Shown here in pieces: positions 17,673 to 26,504 of a stretch of DNA of 35,028 nt. The position numbers were made by a program, and so were the translations under genes. A model generated the notes under the pieces. The model was given only the letters and a program-made list of their open reading frames with translations. It was not told the origin of the DNA and did no database searches. The stretch lies in the IMG/VR virus record IMGVR_UViG_3300035396_001120, positions 1-35,028 of that record. One strand, written 5' to 3'. Numbering within the stretch: position 1 is the stretch's first letter; every line of letters begins with the position of its first letter. This DNA comes from a virus. Taxonomy: Duplodnaviria; Caudoviricetes.

Positions 17673-19408
17673 TAACCATAATACAAAATCAACCTCTTCA
17701 ATTACAAATATCCCTGAGAAAGTATAACGGGGATTTATGTGAAAGTGATGACGTTGGCGGTGTAGGCCCTAGGATTACTTTAAGCTGTAAGAAACAAGAT
17801 GATTTTCAATCTTTTGTAAATGATGGTTACAGTGCAGTAACTTTAACCCCTATTTCTTTTTCTAATTCATCTATATATGATTCTCAGCTTAGTTATTCTC
17901 ATGAGGGAGATTATTGGTTCCACACCTTATCAAGCACTCTATATGCAGATTTAACTACAAAACAAGATTTCAGCCTAAGAATCCTCGCCAATATAAAACA
18001 AGAGCCTTACTTTGAAGTAAAACACTTACAAATACTTGAGAAGGCGGGACAATACACATTCTCTAATGAAGTAGCCATAGAAGTAAAGCAAACACAAAAT
18101 TTCTATCGACATAAATTAAAAGGATTTTTTCCAGAATCAGAGAGATACTATATACAGAAGGATCAAAGATATAATTTATTTATAGAAACTTTTGGTAACT
18201 TTCTAGATAAACTAGACCAAATAGTTGAGAAAATAAACTCTCTAACAGATATAAATACCATAGATGACGAATATCTGAGATATCTTGCTCAAATAGTAGG
18301 GTATGAAACAGAAGACTTCAGTATTGCAAGTATTGCTCTGAGAAATCTAATACGTGAAATATTTGCTATTTACAATAGCAGAGGTACAGTGGGGGGATTT
18401 GAATCTTTTTTTAAATCATTAGGGTATGCTATTCGAGTTGAAGAAAAATGGTACAGTGGGTCTACTTCCATTGTGACAGAAAAACCAAGAGATACTGTAA
18501 TGGATTTAGCGGTTTTAGGTGGGTTAGATGAATTATGGAAATGGAGCCATGTGTATGGCTCACAGGTTGCTTACTCTTCTACAATTGACCCAGATATTGA
18601 CCCTAGCAAAATCGAGGGAGCTCTTGACCTTATCAGAACAGATGATGATAGATATAGATTTGTTCAACTACTCCCTACTCCAAGTAGTGCAGAGACTTAT
18701 GAGCCCGGTAAAATGGACTATACTTTTGACGCAAATGTTGGATATAGAAAAGACGGATTTTTTAATAAATCAGAAAGATTAACCTCTCTTATTGTTGAAC
18801 CTTTAAAAGAAAGTGAGTTCGTTCCAGATATTCTTAATCAAATGCTCGTATATATCGACTTCTTGAAACCTGTACATATAAAAATGGTTTTAAGTCTATA
18901 TAGGGACTTTGTAGGTGATGATTGGTGGGAAGAAATAGAAGATGCTCCTAGCACTGGGACACCAATATACACCCCAATAATAGATACAATAATACAACCT
19001 AAGTTTGATGAAGATGGTAATATAACAAACCCTGAGTTCTCCTCTCAATTAATATTAGACAGTAATGTTCAATCTAAGGGGACTATTAAAAGAGATATTG
19101 ATAGCCTTGATATTACCGTAGGTTTTTATGATTCTGGTGTGGGCGACGAATCTATGGTAATGGAAGGGGAGTTCCATAAAGAGGAAAATTATGGACATGT
19201 AGGCTTACTACTGAATGGGGAAATGACTTTAAGTGAAACACAATCAAGTCAATTCGATTTAACAAATAATACAGCATGGATGTTTGGTGATGACGTATAT
19301 ATAATAGCGCATAGCGTAATAGGCGTAACTCCTAATAGTGCAATATATGGGCAGTCTGTTATATTGAATACAAATGATCAGCAATATTCTTACGTTTTAC
19401 CCTGGTAA
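17669..19408 (+). CDS. Baseplate wedge protein (P2 gpI / T4 gp7-like)
   Basis: 'DINTIDDEYLRYLAQIVGY', 'IYNSRGTVGGFESFFKSLGY...EEKW', 'FLKPVH' are gpI-like. GTGA overlap with the gp6-like gene. Confidence 0.8.
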   Translation: MITIIQNQPLQLQISLRKYNGDLCESDDVGGVGPRITLSCKKQDDFQSFVNDGYSAVTLTPISFSNSSIYDSQLSYSHEGDYWFHTLSSTLYADLTTKQDFSLRILANIKQEPYFEVKHLQILEKAGQYTFSNEVAIEVKQTQNFYRHKLKGFFPESERYYIQKDQRYNLFIETFGNFLDKLDQIVEKINSLTDINTIDDEYLRYLAQIVGYETEDFSIASIALRNLIREIFAIYNSRGTVGGFESFFKSLGYAIRVEEKWYSGSTSIVTEKPRDTVMDLAVLGGLDELWKWSHVYGSQVAYSSTIDPDIDPSKIEGALDLIRTDDDRYRFVQLLPTPSSAETYEPGKMDYTFDANVGYRKDGFFNKSERLTSLIVEPLKESEFVPDILNQMLVYIDFLKPVHIKMVLSLYRDFVGDDWWEEIEDAPSTGTPIYTPIIDTIIQPKFDEDGNITNPEFSSQLILDSNVQSKGTIKRDIDSLDITVGFYDSGVGDESMVMEGEFHKEENYGHVGLLLNGEMTLSETQSSQFDLTNNTAWMFGDDVYIIAHSVIGVTPNSAIYGQSVILNTNDQQYSYVLPW

Positions 19409-19409
19409 T

Positions 19410-19420
19410 GTAAAGATAAT
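19410..19420 (+). promoter_or_regulatory. Candidate late-promoter motif GTAAAGATAAT
   Basis: Intergenic copy upstream of the AAAGGA SD and ATG 19441. Confidence 0.5.
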
Positions 19421-19440
19421 AATAATAAAAGGAAAAAATT

Positions 19441-20607
19441 ATGTTTAGAGATATTTTTGTACCGCCTATGCGTGGTGAGTTTAAGATTACGGCAAAAAAT
19501 AAAGAAGGGGAAGTAGTATACGAATACGAGGATAAAAACGTAATCGTAAATACTGCAAAACCTGTTACTGCTATGGCTTTATGCCAATGTGTACTTACTA
19601 ATGACCCCGCACAGGGTGCTATTTGGTACGAGCATGATGGTGATACGGCAAATGATAAGTGGTCGGACGAATATAGAGTAGACCCACAAGTATTCCAAAT
19701 AGGGTTTCTTAAAATGGGCGGTGGGTTTCCAAGAAAGAGGTCTCTGAACCTTGGTAACAGTGAAGTTGCAGCAATACCTTCTACTGTACTTGCTGACCCC
19801 ACAAACAATCGAAGTGCCTTATTCCAAGAGGTAGACCTTGGGACTTCTACACTTACTACCGCTACAAGCTGGGTAAGATATGATGGGCCAACAGAACAAC
19901 CTTATCACTCTCTTAGCCTTCTTTATCCTAGAAAAACAGATATAGATTTAGTAGATAGGGATTATCAATGGTCTAAAAAAATAATAAGATATACTTATAA
20001 TGATAATGATATAAATGCCGAGAATTTCACCGCTCAATTTAAAACATATATGCGTTTTGATGAGGGAAATGGGCCACGACTTGATACATTTGGAGACCTA
20101 ATAAATAAAGACGATCTATTCTATGAATATAGAGAAGCGGGTCTTTTCATAGGTATTCCTGCTTGGACATTCTCAAATGTTGTAGGAGACCAAGTAGATA
20201 TTGAATACGGTGGCTCTAATGCTGCCCGATTTACCCAAGCAGCATCTGCTTCATGTCTTGCTAATAACTGTGCAAGCGGTGCGTTGAACTTTGATGCAAG
20301 ACTTACAGATAATTTGAAGCACTATAGATTCTGGGACGGGGCTCTCGGAAATAATGCAATAACTGATTGGAACCCTTCCCTTACTTGGGGAAGCATGGTA
20401 GAATACAGCAATGCAGTCAAAGATGGAAGTAACTTATGCTTTAAATCGGGTGTAACTTCTGGCTCTAATCACATACTTAAAGGTACAATGCATAAAGGCT
20501 ATTATATGGTTGCTCGGAAAACTTTCCCAATGATCTCTAAAAGTAAGGATTTGGAACTAACTCTCCAATGGAATCTTGTATTTGGATCTGCGGCTCCAGA
20601 GGTATAA
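19441..20607 (+). CDS. Peripheral baseplate / fibre-attachment protein (tail-collar/DUF3751-like fold with insertions)
   Basis: 'GEFKI...KNVIVN', 'REAGLF', 'MVARKTFPMISKS...LTLQWNLVF' motifs. Follows the gpI-like gene. Confidence 0.65.
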   Translation: MFRDIFVPPMRGEFKITAKNKEGEVVYEYEDKNVIVNTAKPVTAMALCQCVLTNDPAQGAIWYEHDGDTANDKWSDEYRVDPQVFQIGFLKMGGGFPRKRSLNLGNSEVAAIPSTVLADPTNNRSALFQEVDLGTSTLTTATSWVRYDGPTEQPYHSLSLLYPRKTDIDLVDRDYQWSKKIIRYTYNDNDINAENFTAQFKTYMRFDEGNGPRLDTFGDLINKDDLFYEYREAGLFIGIPAWTFSNVVGDQVDIEYGGSNAARFTQAASASCLANNCASGALNFDARLTDNLKHYRFWDGALGNNAITDWNPSLTWGSMVEYSNAVKDGSNLCFKSGVTSGSNHILKGTMHKGYYMVARKTFPMISKSKDLELTLQWNLVFGSAAPEV

Positions 20608-20608
20608 A

Positions 20609-21112
20609 ATGTTATTATCTGAACTGTTAGAAAATATAAAAGTTGACCTAAACCCAAAGCAAAATGTTTCAAACAATATAAGCTACACAGGCATTATTTT
20701 GAAAGATGGAGAAAAAGAAAGGGTCGTCCAGAGTTTATATGATAATAATGTTGTTGTAAAAGAATCATTTGAAAAAGATTGGAAAATAATATGTCATCAC
20801 ATGACTATTAATTTAGGTCCTTTAAAAAAAGACCTAAATGAGAACCTGGCAAATGGAGATGAAGCAGAAGTTTCAGTAACAGATTGGGGTGTATTAAAAG
20901 AAGAAATAGACGGTGCAGAATACCCCTCTTTAATTGCGGTAAAAGTAAAAAACGATACTATTAACAGTCAAAATGAAACAAAACATATTACAGTTGCAAT
21001 AAAAAATGGTTCTAAGTACAAGCCTAAAGATAGTAATAACATAAAGGAATGGACTCCGTTTCCAATTCCTTTTAAACTAACAGGAAATGTTCAAGAAATT
21101 GCAAACAAATAA
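20609..21112 (+). CDS. 2H phosphoesterase (cyclic phosphodiesterase, tRNA-ligase CPD / CNPase-like)
   Basis: Two HxT motifs: 'HHMTINLG' (20795-20806) and 'KHITVAI' (20984-92), then 'KPKDSNNIKEW...LTGNV'. True start is probably ATG 20609 (AGAGGT SD) rather than 20576. Confidence 0.8.
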   Translation: MLLSELLENIKVDLNPKQNVSNNISYTGIILKDGEKERVVQSLYDNNVVVKESFEKDWKIICHHMTINLGPLKKDLNENLANGDEAEVSVTDWGVLKEEIDGAEYPSLIAVKVKNDTINSQNETKHITVAIKNGSKYKPKDSNNIKEWTPFPIPFKLTGNVQEIANK

Positions 21113-21165
21113 CGTATTTTAAAAAATAGCAGTAGTTATAAAAATTTAAAAAAAGGTATAAAATT

Positions 21166-22314
21166 ATGATAGCAAAAGATCGAAAGGATATGATATTATC
21201 CAAAATTCATCAAGCCATTCAGAGAAACAATATGAGCATGGGGCAAGTACATCTTATGCTTCAAGAGAAAGGATTTGACGATAAACGCACAAAGGATTTT
21301 TTCTCAGATGCCGGTGTAGCGATAACTTATGAAGAGTTTCTTGACGTTGTCAAAGAGATAGGCGTAAGTATTGACCTTGCTAGAAAGGATTTAGATTCTA
21401 AAAAAGCAAAAGAAGAAGCACCTCCTTCTTTAGAAGATATTATGAAAAAGGGGAATGTAATTACTAATGAACCCCCTTCTCAAAAGAAACCTATTATGAA
21501 CGAGGATATGGATATCCTTACAAAATTAGAGAGAAATGAAGTAATCCAAACGAATAATGCCTCTTACATGACTCTTGGTATTATATCAGAAGATGAGCCG
21601 CCTGCGGAAGAAGTAGAACTGCCGTCACAAGGTAGATTTTACAATAATGTTTTAAAAGCAACCAATGGAAAACTTCTTATTAGGCCTATGACTTTAAAAG
21701 AAGAGAAGATAATGACTACCGAGCGTTTCCTAAAAACAGGAGAAGCATTTGATATGATTTTTAGAAATTGTATTAAAACAGCAGGCATAGATACTACTAA
21801 TCTTCTATCCTCAGATAGGGTGTTCTTATTGTTTTATCTAAGAGCTATATCCTATGGTCCTGAGTATAATATTACAGCATACGACAGTATGAGAAACGCC
21901 TGTGAGATTAAACTTAATATCTCTGACTTAGAGATTACACACCCTCCAAAAGCATTTCAAAACGAGCCTTTTTCTATTACCCTTCCCGTTAGTGGTAAAA
22001 CAATGGCTCTGAAATTATCAAGGGGTGTGGACGAATCAGCGATTATCACTAAGAAATCTTTTAAAACAAAAGAAGACTCTAATGATTTTGCGGAAAGACT
22101 TTTACAACTTACAGTTGATATTGAAGGTGTCGCAAGACCTAAATGGGAATCATTTATTACTAATCTAATTGGTAAAGATTTATCACATATTCGTAAAACA
22201 TTCGAAGCAATTGACTTCGGGTATAAAGTAAACTCTATTTACACATCCCCATACACGGGAGAGGAATTAAAGGTGGCTCTCACAGTAAATGAGAGCTTTT
22301 TTCGTAGCGAGTGA
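21166..22314 (+). CDS. Baseplate hub / tail assembly chaperone (T4 gp26/gp51-like) with ~140-aa N-terminal extension
   Basis: 'VELPSQGRFY', 'IRPMTLKEEKI', 'DRVFLLFYLRAISYGPEY', 'ITLPVSG', ending '...ESFFRSE'. Confidence 0.85.
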   Translation: MIAKDRKDMILSKIHQAIQRNNMSMGQVHLMLQEKGFDDKRTKDFFSDAGVAITYEEFLDVVKEIGVSIDLARKDLDSKKAKEEAPPSLEDIMKKGNVITNEPPSQKKPIMNEDMDILTKLERNEVIQTNNASYMTLGIISEDEPPAEEVELPSQGRFYNNVLKATNGKLLIRPMTLKEEKIMTTERFLKTGEAFDMIFRNCIKTAGIDTTNLLSSDRVFLLFYLRAISYGPEYNITAYDSMRNACEIKLNISDLEITHPPKAFQNEPFSITLPVSGKTMALKLSRGVDESAIITKKSFKTKEDSNDFAERLLQLTVDIEGVARPKWESFITNLIGKDLSHIRKTFEAIDFGYKVNSIYTSPYTGEELKVALTVNESFFRSE

Positions 22315-22555
22315 TTCAGCCAGTCTTGCAGAATATAGTAAAAATCTAAATGAACAAGTAGTTCAGTTAGTGTATTTTGCAAAATTTTCTTATAGAGACT
22401 TATTATCTATGGAAATCTCTGAACGAATGACTTATTACAGAGAGTTCATAGAAATAAGAAAGAAAGAGAATGACCAAAGCTCGGATTACCAGCAACAACA
22501 CACTCCAAATTTCAACTTTAGACCCGATTTATCTAAAGTACCAAGGTTTAATTAA
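22289..22555 (+). CDS. gp51-C-terminal / DUF6760-like chaperone segment (possibly expressed as a frameshift extension)
   Basis: 'FSYRDLLSMEISERMTYY' resembles the gp51-like/G-T extension motif. Overlaps the upstream gene across TTTTTT (22297-22302). Confidence 0.7.
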   Translation: MRAFFVASDSASLAEYSKNLNEQVVQLVYFAKFSYRDLLSMEISERMTYYREFIEIRKKENDQSSDYQQQHTPNFNFRPDLSKVPRFN

Positions 22556-23373
22556 TGATAGGAATAGATAGTCAAAACTTATTATATATAGCAGCATCGA
22601 AAGCATCAAAAAGTATGAAAAGTGATGACTATGCTATTGTAGAGGTCTTTTTTCATAATTTCAATGATTACTATAGAAACTCTTCCGATAAGAAGTTCTT
22701 TTCTGTTTGGGAAGGCGTGTTAGATGAAAATTATAGAAGAAGAATATACCCCCATTATAAAACAAATAGAAATAATCAGCTAAGAGATAAGATAAACTCG
22801 AATGTTATCAATATGATACAAGAGGGATTAAAATCTTACGGCGTATTAGTACTGCAAGTAGAATATGCTGAGGGTGACGACTTGATATATGGTTGCTGTG
22901 AGATTTTTAAAGAAGAGAAAGAGATCTTCGTTATAAGTAGAGATACAGATTTTATACAACTTTATCAAAAGTTTAATAATGTTAAAGTATATGACCCATA
23001 CAAGAGAGAGATAGTAGGTAAACCTGATTATGACTATATCTTATACAAAAGCCTGAAAGGTGATGATTCTGATAGCATAGAAGGTTTAAATGGGATTGGG
23101 GCAAAAAGAGCTCTTAATATACTGAATAACTATGAAACTATCTATAAAACTCTAAATGAAGATAGTAGAAACATAATAGAAAGAAACCTAAAACTCATAG
23201 ATATTTCTAAAAATGCCGATATGCCTAAAATTTTAGAGTATATAAGACATCAAAAAGATAAGCATGATTTTCATGTAAACAATGAAAATATCAAGAACTT
23301 TTATAAAAAATATAAATTGGCTAACTTGTTCAAAAATTTCAGTTTTGAGCTTGGAACCGACAGTTTTGTATAA
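22555..23373 (+). CDS. 5'-3' exonuclease / flap endonuclease (T4 RNase H / T5 D15-like)
   Basis: 'IDSQNL', 'YRRRIYPHYKTNR', 'EGDDLI', 'SRDTDFIQL', 'GDDSDSIEGLNGIGAKRA' (H3TH), 'RNLKLIDI'. Confidence 0.93.
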   Translation: MIGIDSQNLLYIAASKASKSMKSDDYAIVEVFFHNFNDYYRNSSDKKFFSVWEGVLDENYRRRIYPHYKTNRNNQLRDKINSNVINMIQEGLKSYGVLVLQVEYAEGDDLIYGCCEIFKEEKEIFVISRDTDFIQLYQKFNNVKVYDPYKREIVGKPDYDYILYKSLKGDDSDSIEGLNGIGAKRALNILNNYETIYKTLNEDSRNIIERNLKLIDISKNADMPKILEYIRHQKDKHDFHVNNENIKNFYKKYKLANLFKNFSFELGTDSFV

Positions 23374-23388
23374 AAATAATAGGTTATT

Positions 23389-23398
23389 TAAAGATAAC
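23389..23398 (+). promoter_or_regulatory. Degenerate copy of the candidate late-promoter motif (TAAAGATAAC)
   Basis: Intergenic, 4 nt before ATG 23403, at the start of the fibre array. Confidence 0.35.
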
Positions 23399-23402
23399 TA
23401 TT

Positions 23403-24686
23403 ATGATACAAATTCTAGGTTACGATGAATCACAAGTTTCCCCAGGTAATATTCGGGGGTATGTCTACGAGGATAAAGTATTAGATACTGATCTAAATAG
23501 ACCTTTAATCGATTTATATTCTAATGATAGCACTATTGTAAGCTCATTAGCCGCGTCTGTTATATCTTCCAAAATATTTACAAATACTATTGATGGCACT
23601 GATAGCACTATTACTTTCCATAATAAAGTGATAATAGAAGGTGATTTAAGTATATTAGGTGTTGGCATAGATATAAAAACAACAAATACTGTTGTAAAAG
23701 ATAACATTATAGATATATCTTATAGTTCCTTACTTAGCGCCAATGGAAAAGGTGGTTTAAGTATAAAAACTGCTATTGATGCTTCCTCTTTATTCTATTT
23801 TGATAATGCATTAGATAGATGGAATATAGAAGCAAGTACAGTACATACGAAAGAAGCAAAGATACCAAGCGTTACTTTTGACACATCTTTAAATGATTAT
23901 ATAGATTTAAAAAGTGGAATAACTCCTGGGACTGTACCAAGTGGTCGCGTTACTTTATTTGTAAATAATAATAACTTCTTATCTTTTAAAGATACTAGCG
24001 GTTTAACCTTTAATATTAAAGATAACTTCCATCCAGGTTTTTATGATTACTATATCGAGAATCAAACAGAGTTTGATGCTATAAGCAGTCTGTCTACTAG
24101 TCCTAAAAACTTCTTTTTATACAATGGGAGTTACGACCTTAATGCTTCTTTTATTATGAAAGACGGCATCGGTATCTACGGTGAAAGTAAAGATAGCTGT
24201 ATAATTCATTTAGGTGATAGTGCTATATTTAAAACACAACCAAATGTTTATGGTTTTACATTAGATAATTTAACTTTAAGTTATGTATCTCCTAATAGAC
24301 TAATCAATTATAGCTTGTTTGATCTAACAAGCAGTTTACATTGTAACATAACTCCTGTACTAGAAAACGTCGATGCTAGTGCAGTGTTCTATGGCGTGAA
24401 CATGAAATACAATACACTAGGAAATGTTTACAAGGCTTCCGGCATTGCTTTTGATGGTTTAACTTACTGTTCTATAAATGGTATTAATAAGTCAAGCCTA
24501 ACTACTTTTAATAACTGTGAAGAATGCTTGGTAGATACTATTGTAGATTCTGACCAATTATTCGGATATGGAGATTTTAACTTGACAACTAGAACAGAAC
24601 CTATGGTAGATATAGACGGAAATGTAATAACAGGTTCATTTGTAGAGGGTGAACTACCTCTTGAAATGGTTTATCCGGTGCTATAA
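23403..24686 (+). CDS. Tail fibre / tailspike-like protein, MIQIL paralog 1 (C-terminal right-handed beta-helix)
   Basis: N-terminal 'LNRPLIDLYSND', central 'VKDNII', beta-helix entry 'FLYNGSY.L...GIGIYGES'. Confidence 0.7.
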   Translation: MIQILGYDESQVSPGNIRGYVYEDKVLDTDLNRPLIDLYSNDSTIVSSLAASVISSKIFTNTIDGTDSTITFHNKVIIEGDLSILGVGIDIKTTNTVVKDNIIDISYSSLLSANGKGGLSIKTAIDASSLFYFDNALDRWNIEASTVHTKEAKIPSVTFDTSLNDYIDLKSGITPGTVPSGRVTLFVNNNNFLSFKDTSGLTFNIKDNFHPGFYDYYIENQTEFDAISSLSTSPKNFFLYNGSYDLNASFIMKDGIGIYGESKDSCIIHLGDSAIFKTQPNVYGFTLDNLTLSYVSPNRLINYSLFDLTSSLHCNITPVLENVDASAVFYGVNMKYNTLGNVYKASGIAFDGLTYCSINGINKSSLTTFNNCEECLVDTIVDSDQLFGYGDFNLTTRTEPMVDIDGNVITGSFVEGELPLEMVYPVL

Positions 24687-24688
24687 CT

Positions 24689-25408
24689 ATGGGCAAGCAG
24701 TTTAACGAGTTTATACCTTATGTTGGTTCTGCACCAGCAGAAGATGATATTATACCTGCTCAAAAAAGCGTAGCCCCTCTTATAAATAAAAGGTTTACTT
24801 GGTCTCAACTTAAAGATTGGATAGATGATTTTTTAATAACACTGGGTTCCCAGGTGGGGGCGACCTTAGATTCTCACGCAGCCTCTATTAGTGATAATGC
24901 CGCTGAAATAGCTACAAAAATAACTCCGAATGAGGTTGATACTAAAATAGCAAATGCTTTACAACAAGTATATCCTGTTGGGTCGCTATATACCACAAAG
25001 AAAAATGAAAACCCTTTTACCACTCTTGGTTTTGGAACCTGGGTAAAAATAGAGGGTCAATTTTTAGTAGGTTATAAAAGTGGGGACGCAGAGTTTGGTA
25101 CAATTGCAGCAAATCAAAATTCTCAGGGCGGTTCTAAAACAGTCACCTTAAGTGCTTTAGAAACTGGTGTACCCCCCCATGGGCATACGGCCTCACAGCT
25201 AGTTCATAGCCATTCTGTGCCGATGTATACTGGCGGACCCGCAGGTTCTGGGGGAACTAGATATGGGGCTTCTGGTACAAGCACACCAGTTACTTCTAGT
25301 GATGCAACCCCATCTATAACCGTTGTAGACCATGCTGGAACTGCCGCAACAGCTCATCAAAACTTACCCCCATACCATACAGTATATATATGGGAACGAA
25401 CAGTATGA
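24689..25408 (+). CDS. Short tail fibre, MGKQF paralog 1 (T4 gp10-C / gp12-like tip)
   Basis: 'YPVGSLY...NPFTTLGFGTW...GGSKTVTL...PPHGH..HSH...HQNLPPYHTVYIWERT'. Confidence 0.85.
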   Translation: MGKQFNEFIPYVGSAPAEDDIIPAQKSVAPLINKRFTWSQLKDWIDDFLITLGSQVGATLDSHAASISDNAAEIATKITPNEVDTKIANALQQVYPVGSLYTTKKNENPFTTLGFGTWVKIEGQFLVGYKSGDAEFGTIAANQNSQGGSKTVTLSALETGVPPHGHTASQLVHSHSVPMYTGGPAGSGGTRYGASGTSTPVTSSDATPSITVVDHAGTAATAHQNLPPYHTVYIWERTV

Positions 25409-26031
25409 ATAATTTAATAAGTCAAATAAAAATAGAAAATGGAAAGGTTGTAGACCATAAATTGTCAGAGCTTGAAATTCCTGGATATAGAAAAATAAAT
25501 GTAATAACCGGTATTTATTATGGTATGAGTATAAATCTTTTTTCTGCGGATTACAGCAGACTTTTAACAGAAAAGGAGTTGAGGGAAAAAGAACCAATTG
25601 TAGATAATCGCGGGATTTATTATAATAAAAAAACTCTTGAAAAAAAAGAAGTTACACAACTTAATGTAACAATAGAAAAAGGGTATACCAAAGAAGTCCC
25701 ATGCTCACAGTTTTGCGTGTGGGATGAGAAGAAACAAAAATTCGTTTATAATACAGCTCTTAAAAAAACACAGTTATTTACTGAGATCAAATCAAAAGCA
25801 GAAGAAACTATATACTCTAAATACCCTTTAACTAAGCAACTAAATATAAACAGAACTCTTTTAGCAGTAGCCAAAGGTAACACTCTAACCTCTTATGAAC
25901 TTAAAGAGATAGAAGAGATGGATACTTTTATAAATAGTATTAGACTGCAAAGCAATAAATTAGAAGAAAAACTTAATGCTTTGAAAACAGAAGAAGAGAT
26001 AAAGAACTTTAAAGTGGAGTATGTACTTTGA
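25405..26031 (+). CDS. Tail fibre assembly chaperone-like protein
   Basis: Follows a fibre gene with an ATGA overlap at 25405 (preferred over 25390). 'P...CVWDE...F' and 'IYSKYP..KQLN' are Tfa-like. Confidence 0.6.
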   Translation: MNNLISQIKIENGKVVDHKLSELEIPGYRKINVITGIYYGMSINLFSADYSRLLTEKELREKEPIVDNRGIYYNKKTLEKKEVTQLNVTIEKGYTKEVPCSQFCVWDEKKQKFVYNTALKKTQLFTEIKSKAEETIYSKYPLTKQLNINRTLLAVAKGNTLTSYELKEIEEMDTFINSIRLQSNKLEEKLNALKTEEEIKNFKVEYVL

Positions 26032-26504
26032 AATTACATGAACTTTTAGACTCATATATACTTAACTATATTTCTCCTTTTAAACCTGAAGAGAAAGATT
26101 TAAAGTATAAATATTTACAAGATAATATTAGACATTATATAAATAATATCCTTATCAAAAAGAAGATAAATAGTGGATTATAGTTTAAAAATTATACTCT
26201 TAAAATTGATAGGGACTCAATACTTAATTATCAAGACTTAGTAGAAATACATAGAAGAAGAATGATAACTGAGATATTTGTGGATACTTTAGATAATATC
26301 AATTTTAAGATTGAAGTAATTGAACTACAGAATTTTATAGTAGAGGCAAAACTTAGAGCTTTAACGATTGTTAGCTGTGGACAAAGATTGAAGTATTTTT
26401 TTAATCAAATCACAGATATTGAAAAATTATATAAGTTAGAAGTACCTCAATTTCAAAATATGACATGTGAAGAAATTATTAAATGGATAGAACAAAATGG
26501 GTAA
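26028..26504 (+). pseudogene. Hypothetical protein interrupted by one in-frame TAG (26181-26183): pseudogene, readthrough gene or sequence error
   Basis: TTG 26028 (GGAG SD, TTGA overlap with the previous stop) gives 51 sense codons, then TAG, then 26 sense codons in frame with the ORF-track 26262..26504. Confidence 0.6.

Noticed and set aside
472-22555. Bacterial extracellular contractile injection system or T6SS locus
   Set aside because: The interleaved DNA polymerase, SSB and exonuclease plus the multi-fibre array indicate a phage genome.
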